From Syntrophaceae bacterium UBA2280 (GTDB lineage Bacteria > Desulfobacterota > Syntrophia > Syntrophales > Smithellaceae), in contig DDWS01000004.1 in NCBI GenBank assembly GCA_002347685.1, forward strand, positions 64,360-128,359: a stretch of DNA of 64,000 nt, written 5' to 3'. The position numbers and the translations under genes were made by a program. The notes under the pieces were generated by a model that saw only the letters and a program-made list of their open reading frames with translations, was not told where the DNA came from and searched no databases. Position 1 is the first letter of the stretch, and each line of letters starts with the position of its first letter. Shown here one piece after another: positions 43,489 to 51,120 of the stretch.

Positions 43489-43920
43489 ATGTCATTCAAT
43501 GTTTTGATTGTGGATGATTCAGGCTCGATGAGGGCGGTGATTAAGAAAATCATCACGATTTCCGGGTTTCATATGGATAACTGCCATGAGGCGGGAAACG
43601 GCAGGGAGGCGCTGACGCTGCTGGAGGACCACTGGGTGGATGTGATTATTTCCGATATCAATATGCCGGAAATCAACGGCCTGGAATTGCTCGATGCACT
43701 CAAACGCAATGAAACCCTCAAGGAAATTCCGGTGATCATGATAACAACCGAAGGTTCTGAAGAGCGCATGAAAGAAGCCTTCGCGCGCGGGGCGAAAGGA
43801 TTTATAAAAAAACCCTTTTTGCCGGAACAGATTCGAAAAGTTCTCTATGATGTGATAGGAGTGGGTGAAGATGGGAGATATGAAGAAAATCCAAGAAATG
43901 ATGATGAACTCGATTTTTGA
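43489..43920 (+). CDS. CheY-like single-domain response regulator
   Basis: The motifs are VLIVDDS..MR......DVIISDINMP..NGLE and KKPF. Confidence 0.85.
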   Translation: MSFNVLIVDDSGSMRAVIKKIITISGFHMDNCHEAGNGREALTLLEDHWVDVIISDINMPEINGLELLDALKRNETLKEIPVIMITTEGSEERMKEAFARGAKGFIKKPFLPEQIRKVLYDVIGVGEDGRYEENPRNDDELDF

Positions 43921-44311
43921 TGTCTATGAAAAGATGTTCTTCGTTTTTCTGGAACCGGTGGATGAGGACATCCGCTATGACATGGCCACATCTATCCGTT
44001 TCACCGGTCCGCTCAAGGGCGAACTGACAGCCTTCATCAGCGAAAGAATGGCCGTCAGCATGGTGGAGAATATGCTTGGCCTGGAGAAACAGGAAGTGAC
44101 CCAAAAGCATATGGAAGATTGTGCGAAGGAATCCATTAATATGATTTGCGGTCATTTTCTCAACAAACTCGATCCGTCAAAGGTATTTGATCTGTCGATT
44201 CCTGAATATGAAAAAAGGGCAGGTATTTTCAAAAAGGAGGATTTGGCGACGCTCAACATCGCGTTTGACTCCGACGGAGATATGATGGGTATTTCCATGA
44301 CGATTTCATAG
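43865..44311 (+). CDS. cheX: CheX-family chemotaxis phosphatase
   Basis: Its size and the segment ...EDCAKESINMICGHFL fit the CheX family. It overlaps the upstream gene, and the true start may be 43871-43904. Confidence 0.65.
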   Translation: MKMGDMKKIQEMMMNSIFDVYEKMFFVFLEPVDEDIRYDMATSIRFTGPLKGELTAFISERMAVSMVENMLGLEKQEVTQKHMEDCAKESINMICGHFLNKLDPSKVFDLSIPEYEKRAGIFKKEDLATLNIAFDSDGDMMGISMTIS

Positions 44312-44364
44312 GGCGGAAAAACGAGAAGGTGCCGGTGTAAAATCGAAGGCTGTATCTCGGCTAG

Positions 44365-45414
<1,050 letters not shown>

Positions 45415-45416
45415 CT

Positions 45417-47627
45417 ATGCATTATGATGAATTAATTTCGTTGTTGAATAAGCTGGCCCAGGAGTATCTTTTTCTCGACAGTCGAGAACTGGATATCTCC
45501 ACGTCGGGCAGGCTCCTCAATCATCTGGAACTCATTGTCGATGAGGCCAAAAAACAAAAAGTGGCTTCCATGAAGACCTGTGCCGATAGTCTGAGCCAGA
45601 TTCTGGAAAATGTCATCCTCGACACGATCAAGGATAAGGAAAACGCGGCCAGGGTATTTGAAGGCGGTATTCATCTGATGCAGGAGATCGCCGACAGTTT
45701 CAAAAACACAGGAAACTATCAGGGAAGCATCAAGGAATTTCTGGAAAAAACAAGCGCCGTCGCGGGTGTTGCCAGCAGCCGCGACTCTCAAGGCAATGCC
45801 TTAGGCCAAGTGCCGGCTGCGGACGCAGCGGAGGCTACCGTTACAAAGGAGTTTCAAATACAGGATGAGTCGCTCACCCGTGATTTTATCGCAGAAGGGC
45901 TCGAATACATCGAAGAGATTGAGATCAATATTCTGAACCTGGAAAATGAGCCGGAGAACAAAGATTATATCAACGCCATTTTCCGGCCGTTTCACTCCAT
46001 CAAAGGCGTGGCCAGTTTCCTCAACCTCGAAAAAATCAGAGCGCTTGCACACAATCTGGAGAGCCTGCTCGACAAGGCCCGAAACGGCGAGATCGACGTT
46101 ACACCCGCCCTGATTGATGTGGTTCTCGACGGCGCCGACGCGCTCAAAGCACTGATCGGCCAGTTGAGGGATGTGCTCGAAGGCAGGAAGACCCCGGCGG
46201 TTGACCTTGATATTCCGTCATTAGAATCAAGAATTCATAAAGTCGAACAAGGGTTTGATATCCAGGCAGGCGGGAAAAAGATCGGCGAAATCCTCGTTGA
46301 TGACGGTATTATCTCTCAGGAAAAACTCGAACAGACACTAAGCAAGGAGATGACCGGCGGCAAGAAAATCGGTCAGACGCTCATTGAAGAGGGTGTTGTT
46401 AAGCCCAAACAGGTTTCCCAGGCGCTGCGTAAACAGGTAGATCAGGTCACGGATTTGACCACAATCCGTGTGGATACGATAAAACTCGATGATTTGATCG
46501 ATATGGTAGGCGAGCTGGTTATCACCCAGACGATGATTTCCAGAGATTTGAGGAATCAGGTCAACGCCGATAAGAGGCTGGTTCGTGACATCTCACAGTT
46601 TTTCCGGATTACCTCCGCTTTGCAGCGTGTGTCAACCACTCTGAGGATGATTCCCATCAAGCAAACGTTTCAACGCATGTCCCGTTTGGTCAGGGACCTG
46701 GCCAAAAATGCAGGAAAGAACGTTTCGGTGGAGATGGTCGGCGAAGATACGGAAATCGATCGCAATATGGTCGATGAAATCTATAATCCGCTGGTGCACA
46801 TGATCCGCAATTCCGTGGATCACGGACTGGAAACGCCGGAAGAACGGATCAAGGCAGGTAAATCCGAAAGATGTGTGATTACACTGAAGGCCTATCACCG
46901 CGGCGGCAATATCGTGATTGAAATCGGCGATGACGGCCGGGGACTCGATCGGCAGAAAATTCTTGAAAAATCCATCAAAGCCGGGCACATTCAGCGTGAC
47001 GACACGCTTACGGATCAGGAAATATACAGACTGATCTTTCTGCCCGGTCTGTCCACGGCGGAAAAGGTGACCGATGTGTCCGGCCGCGGAGTCGGCATGG
47101 ATGTGGTCAAACGCGCTGTGGAAAAACTTCGCGGTAAAATTGAAATTGAAAGCACTGTTGGAGAAGGCACGATTTTTACTACGCGTTTTCCTCTGACTCT
47201 GGCCATTATCGACGGCATGATTGTCAAAGTCGGCAATGAAAGCTACATCATCCCGACGACCGCCATCCGCCAGGCGCTTCGTCCGCCACGTGAAACCTAT
47301 AATAATGTTGTCGGAAGGGGTGAGACGATTCATGCGATGGGACATCTTATGCCTTTGATTCGCATGTATGATCTGTTTGACATCGAACCGGAATACAAAG
47401 ATCCCTGGGATGCCATTGTGGTTGTGGTCGAAGGGGAAGCAGGTTCGCGGTGTCTGATGGTGGATAAAATCATCGGCAAAACCGAAGTGGTGGTTAAAAG
47501 CCTGGGCGAGAGCTTAAAAAACATCAGAGGTCTGGCCGGTGGCGCGATCCTGGGTAACGGACGGGTCGGATTGATCATTGATACGGAAGGTTTATTCGAG
47601 TTGGCGGAAGATCGATCATTGCAGTAG
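45417..47627 (+). CDS. cheA: chemotaxis histidine kinase CheA (N-terminal extension, Hpt, MshEN-like insert in place of P2, dimerisation, HATPase, CheW-like P5)
   Basis: FRPFHSIKG marks the Hpt histidine, TIRVD..KLD.L.D.VGELVI marks P3, N.VDHG/DDGRG/GRGVGMD marks the ATPase, and a C-terminal CheW-like domain follows. An alternative GTG start is at 45411. Confidence 0.9.
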   Translation: MHYDELISLLNKLAQEYLFLDSRELDISTSGRLLNHLELIVDEAKKQKVASMKTCADSLSQILENVILDTIKDKENAARVFEGGIHLMQEIADSFKNTGNYQGSIKEFLEKTSAVAGVASSRDSQGNALGQVPAADAAEATVTKEFQIQDESLTRDFIAEGLEYIEEIEINILNLENEPENKDYINAIFRPFHSIKGVASFLNLEKIRALAHNLESLLDKARNGEIDVTPALIDVVLDGADALKALIGQLRDVLEGRKTPAVDLDIPSLESRIHKVEQGFDIQAGGKKIGEILVDDGIISQEKLEQTLSKEMTGGKKIGQTLIEEGVVKPKQVSQALRKQVDQVTDLTTIRVDTIKLDDLIDMVGELVITQTMISRDLRNQVNADKRLVRDISQFFRITSALQRVSTTLRMIPIKQTFQRMSRLVRDLAKNAGKNVSVEMVGEDTEIDRNMVDEIYNPLVHMIRNSVDHGLETPEERIKAGKSERCVITLKAYHRGGNIVIEIGDDGRGLDRQKILEKSIKAGHIQRDDTLTDQEIYRLIFLPGLSTAEKVTDVSGRGVGMDVVKRAVEKLRGKIEIESTVGEGTIFTTRFPLTLAIIDGMIVKVGNESYIIPTTAIRQALRPPRETYNNVVGRGETIHAMGHLMPLIRMYDLFDIEPEYKDPWDAIVVVVEGEAGSRCLMVDKIIGKTEVVVKSLGESLKNIRGLAGGAILGNGRVGLIIDTEGLFELAEDRSLQ
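46278..46436 (+). other. MshEN/T2SSE_N-like tandem motif inside CheA (24 aa + 5-aa spacer + 24 aa)
   Basis: KIGEILVDDGIISQEKLEQTLSKE-MTGGK-KIGQTLIEEGVVKPKQVSQALRKQ compares well with the consensus RLGxx(LVI)(LVI)xxG(LVI)(LVI)xxxxLxxxLxxQ. Confidence 0.6.
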
Positions 47628-47666
47628 TTCTTTCAGGGACGAAGATAAAAATAGGAGAGGTAAACC

Positions 47667-48056
47667 ATGAGTGAAAAAAACATCAAAGTATTAATTGTTG
47701 ACGATTTTGCCACAATGAGAAAGGTGGTCCGTAACCTGTTGAAACAGGTCGGGTACGATGACATTGTCGAAGCGGAAGACGGCGTTATGGCACTCAAAGC
47801 GCTCAAGACGCATAAAATCGATTTCATCATTTCCGATTGGAACATGCCGAACATGACGGGTCTGGAACTGCTCAAGGCGGTGCGGGCGGACGCGGAACTG
47901 GCATCAACGCCTTTTCTCATGGTGACGGCTGAAGCGCTTCAGGACAATGTTGTCGCGGCGGTAAAGGCGGGCGTGAATAACTATATCGTAAAGCCGTTTA
48001 CTGCGGAAGTCTTAAATGAAAAAATAAAAAAGATCATGGATAGCATCGGAAAATGA
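47667..48056 (+). CDS. cheY: chemotaxis response regulator CheY
   Basis: The motifs are KVLIVDDFATMRK..RNLL...G...V.EAEDG..AL......DFIISDWNMPNM.GLELLK..R and NNYIVKPF. Confidence 0.9.
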   Translation: MSEKNIKVLIVDDFATMRKVVRNLLKQVGYDDIVEAEDGVMALKALKTHKIDFIISDWNMPNMTGLELLKAVRADAELASTPFLMVTAEALQDNVVAAVKAGVNNYIVKPFTAEVLNEKIKKIMDSIGK

Positions 48057-48088
48057 GATGGCTTCATGATATCGATGAAAGGCAACCT

Positions 48089-48550
48089 ATGAATGTGAAA
48101 TTTATCAACCCGTTTCTGGACGGGACGGTCAGTGTGCTAAAGACGATGGCTTTTGTTGAACCGCGAGCGGCAAAACCTTATTTGAAAGTCGATAATCTGG
48201 CTAAAGGGGATGTCTCCGGAATCATCGGCCTGACCGGATCCGCGACAGGTTCGCTGGCGTTGAGTTTCAGCGAAGCAGCCATTTTGAAAATCGTCTCCAA
48301 CATGCTGGGTGAAAATATCAAGAGTCTCAACAGCGACATTAAGGATGCCGTGGGTGAAATCACCAACATGATCTCCGGAGTGGCCAGAAAGCATCTCGAA
48401 GCGGAAGGCTTTTACATCCAGGCCGCCATTCCGACCGTCGTGTCAGGAAAGGATCACTCCATCACGCATGTGCTGGGCGGGCCGAGTCTCATTATTCCCT
48501 TTGAAATTGATGAGGGAACATTCGTTGTGGATGTGTGTCTAAACGAGTAG
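48089..48550 (+). CDS. cheX: CheX-family chemotaxis phosphatase (second copy)
   Basis: The motifs are INPF.......VL.TM, SGIIGLTG and DAVGEITNMISG.A. The ORF track starts at 48053, but ATG 48089 has a GAAAGG Shine-Dalgarno. Confidence 0.7.
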   Translation: MNVKFINPFLDGTVSVLKTMAFVEPRAAKPYLKVDNLAKGDVSGIIGLTGSATGSLALSFSEAAILKIVSNMLGENIKSLNSDIKDAVGEITNMISGVARKHLEAEGFYIQAAIPTVVSGKDHSITHVLGGPSLIIPFEIDEGTFVVDVCLNE

Positions 48551-48553
48551 CGG

Positions 48554-49381
48554 TCAGTTCTCCGGGTGCAGGACGATGATGCTGATACGCCGGTTGCGCT
48601 GGTCGCGGGGGTCAAGAGGCAAGAGCAGCTCCTGATCGGCATAGCCCACTACTCTGGCGATTCTTGTCGGATCCGTGCCGGATTCTTCTAGGACACGGCG
48701 GGCGGCTGACGCGCGTGATGTGGAAAGCTCCCAGTTGGTGACTTGTCCCCCCCGAAACGGGGCGGCGTCGGTATGCCCTTCCACAACGATTTTGCCGGGT
48801 ATCTGATTCATGTTATCCGCAACCACTTGAAGGATTTCCCTGGCCCTCTGGGTGGGCTTCGCGGAGCCCAGCGGAAACATCATGGAGCCATCCGAGTCGA
48901 TCACCTGGACACGGATACCGCCTTCGATGACGTCCACCAGGACTTGATCACGATATGCGGCCATTTTATCGTCGATAGACGTCCGGATCTTTTTGACCAG
49001 GTCTTCATCACGTGCATCTGTGGTTTGTTTTCCCCTCTTCTGGCCGAATTCCGCCTGACTTTTGCCCCGCACATTTACGGAGGCCAGTGAAGCTGGCTGA
49101 CCGGAGGCATCCTGGGGAAAGCGGGGATCCGTCGCTTTGCTGTCTTTTAGATCCAGGGCCGACGAACCACTTTCCTGAAAAATGCTGTATTTAAGAAAAT
49201 ACTCCGAAACGGCGGCTCTTCTTTCGTCGGAAACCATGCTCAAGAGCCATAACAGAAGGAAAAAAGCCATCATGGCGGTTACAAAGTCGGCATACGCGAC
49301 TTTCCACGAGCCGCCGTGAGCGCCTCCGCCCTTGGCCTTCTTGACTTTCTTGATGATAATTTGCTGTGGACGATCTTCCAT
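48554..49381 (-). CDS. motB: flagellar stator protein MotB (OmpA-like C-terminal domain)
   Basis: It has the plug/TM region GGSWKVAYADFVTAMMAFFLLLW and the C-terminal VEGHTD..P.......NWELS..RA. Confidence 0.85.
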   Translation of the reverse strand: MEDRPQQIIIKKVKKAKGGGAHGGSWKVAYADFVTAMMAFFLLLWLLSMVSDERRAAVSEYFLKYSIFQESGSSALDLKDSKATDPRFPQDASGQPASLASVNVRGKSQAEFGQKRGKQTTDARDEDLVKKIRTSIDDKMAAYRDQVLVDVIEGGIRVQVIDSDGSMMFPLGSAKPTQRAREILQVVADNMNQIPGKIVVEGHTDAAPFRGGQVTNWELSTSRASAARRVLEESGTDPTRIARVVGYADQELLLPLDPRDQRNRRISIIVLHPEN

Positions 49382-49392
49382 AATCCTATGCG

Positions 49393-50271
49393 TTACTTCG
49401 TTTTTGCCTGACTGGTTTTCGCATTGCGCAGTGCGTCTTCCATTTCAAGGAAAGAGGGTTTAACGGAAGACGGGATCACCCGTCGTCCGAATTCCACGGC
49501 CACTTTCGGCGCCGCGCCACCGCCGATGAAGGCCAGAAGCGCCACTTTAATCACGTTTAAGTATTGCAGGTCTTCGTTGGCAATAAATTCCATATTTCTT
49601 GCCATCGGACCCACATATCCATAGCAAAGTAAAACGCCCAGGAATGTCCCGACCAGTGCCGCACCGATACTCGCACCCAGAACTTCAGGCGGTTCCTTGA
49701 TCTTGCCCATGGTTAAAATGACGCCCAGAACCGCCGCGACGATACCGAGTCCGGGAAGCCCGTCGGCGATGACGCCGACACTGTGCGAAGGCGTCATCGC
49801 TTCTTCATGATGGGCCTCGAGTTCCTGATCGATCAATGACTCCAGTTCGTGAGGGGCAATCGTAGTGGTCATGACGGTGCGCAGTGTGTCCGTGATGAGT
49901 TCAATGGCCGCATGATTTTGTAAAACTTTTGGGTACTGGGAGAAAATTGGGCTTTGTTCGGGTTCGTCCACGTCCGATTCGATGGAAACGAGCCCCTGCT
50001 GACGGATTTTATAAAATATGCCGTTGATCATCAAGAGAACTTCAATGTAATCCTGCTTCGTAATCGGTTTGTTGGTAAAAATGCGCGAAATGGAGCCGCC
50101 TACCGCTTTGATGACTTTCAGAGGCGACGCGATGATGAAACCCCCGAGGGCGGCCCCGCCGATGATCATAAATTCCACCGGTTTGAAAATGATGGAAAGA
50201 TTCCCGCCTTCGAGAAGATAGCCGCCGATTACGGCGACCGAAACAATCACAAAACCGATAATGGCAATCAT
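49393..50271 (-). CDS. motA: flagellar stator protein MotA
   Basis: The N-terminus (IIG.VIV...VIGGYLLEGGNL) and the C-terminal TM3/TM4 segment (LPGLGI..AVLGVI.TM....P...LG..I..ALV.TF.G) fit MotA. Confidence 0.9.
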   Translation of the reverse strand: MIAIIGFVIVSVAVIGGYLLEGGNLSIIFKPVEFMIIGGAALGGFIIASPLKVIKAVGGSISRIFTNKPITKQDYIEVLLMINGIFYKIRQQGLVSIESDVDEPEQSPIFSQYPKVLQNHAAIELITDTLRTVMTTTIAPHELESLIDQELEAHHEEAMTPSHSVGVIADGLPGLGIVAAVLGVILTMGKIKEPPEVLGASIGAALVGTFLGVLLCYGYVGPMARNMEFIANEDLQYLNVIKVALLAFIGGGAAPKVAVEFGRRVIPSSVKPSFLEMEDALRNAKTSQAKTK

Positions 50272-50283
50272 GGGATCATGAAC

Positions 50284-50823
50284 CTATTTTCTTTTTTCAC
50301 GCAGGATTTCTCTTTCCGTCTCAAAGACAAACTTGATGATTTCATCGCGGACAAAATCATCGATTGCGATAAAGTGCACCGCAGTGTTGTAGTTAGGATG
50401 CGGTACGGCCACATCCACCACTTCCCCGTAGAGAAAGAGTGCCATCGGCCTTTGCATGGTGAGCATAAGCTTGATTTCCAGGATATCACCCGGCTCGAAA
50501 GAGCAGTCGGAAAAAAAACTCATTCCGCCGCCACCAATATTCACTTTCGTCATATTCATACAATGAAACCCGTCTTGCTGAATGGTCATCATGCGGATGA
50601 TTTCATTGAGCTTCAAATTAATCGTCTGAAGCCATTGTGCAATAATCTGATCGTCAGGATTGGGCAAAGACTTGAATTCCGCCAGAAACGAATCCCCCGA
50701 TGTTCTTGATCGCAGTTCTAAACGCCGTTCTTTATCAATTTTCTTAATTTCCACGGGGATATAGATTTCAACGCGTGAATATTCCCGCTTGTTGTCAGAA
50801 TCTGTGATCAGTTCGTCCGTCAT
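50284..50823 (-). CDS. PilZ-domain protein (c-di-GMP receptor candidate) co-transcribed with motAB
   Basis: REYSRV fits the RxxxR motif and NIGGGGMSF fits a D/NxSxxG-type motif. It ends 12 nt upstream of motA. Confidence 0.7.
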   Translation of the reverse strand: MTDELITDSDNKREYSRVEIYIPVEIKKIDKERRLELRSRTSGDSFLAEFKSLPNPDDQIIAQWLQTINLKLNEIIRMMTIQQDGFHCMNMTKVNIGGGGMSFFSDCSFEPGDILEIKLMLTMQRPMALFLYGEVVDVAVPHPNYNTAVHFIAIDDFVRDEIIKFVFETEREILREKRK

Positions 50824-50861
50824 GAGTGATCCTTTTTACTAATATCGTTGGTTGATCATCA

Positions 50862-50877
50862 TGCAATGAAAATGCCA
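50862..50877 (-). promoter_or_regulatory. sigma-54 promoter (minus strand reads TGGCATTTTCATTGCA) for pilZ-motA-motB
   Basis: It shows GG-N10-GC with TTGC, about 40 nt upstream of the pilZ start codon. Confidence 0.6.
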
Positions 50878-50961
50878 CTTTGCTTTAATAGCTTTTTCTA
50901 TGAAGAAAACGCGTCAAATTCCCGTTTCGCTGCATATTGCCGATGTGATGAAAGATCTTAG

Positions 50962-50997
50962 TGTCAAATAATTGGCTATTCGGCTGGCTATTTGACA
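50962..50997. promoter_or_regulatory. inverted repeat TGTCAAATA-N18-TATTTGACA between two divergent sigma-54 promoters
   Basis: The arms are perfect 9-bp repeats, read directly. The spacer contains GGCTATT twice. Confidence 0.45.
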
Positions 50998-51072
50998 GAT
51001 TATTGATGCAAAAGAAGAACCCGTAGAAAACGTTTCATTGCCTTTCACATTGATAATATTGTATAATTCTTA

Positions 51073-51088
51073 TGGTATGTATTTTGCT
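51073..51088 (+). promoter_or_regulatory. sigma-54 promoter TGGTATGTATTTTGCT upstream of the SPOR/TPR gene
   Basis: It shows GG-N10-GC with TTGC, 33 nt before ATG 51121. Confidence 0.55.
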
Positions 51089-51120
51089 GTGCATAATCAA
51101 AAAAGTGACGACTGAAAAAC

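Noticed and set aside
49954-50709. 251-aa plus-strand ORF across motA and pilZ. The same applies to 39911-40507, 44614-45153, 46632-47345, 53928-54473, 55536-56291, 58236-58973, 59751-60359, 60496-61044 and 62628-63440.
   Set aside because: Each is antisense to a confidently identified regulator, che, mot or fli gene and shows Arg/Gly/His/Asp-rich shadow-frame composition.
50905-50945. A sigma-28 (FliA) type promoter, suggested by GCCGATGT at 50938-50945.
   Set aside because: The nearest TAAA/CAAA-like -35 element is about 20 nt away instead of about 15, and the two sigma-54 promoters already explain both flanking operons.
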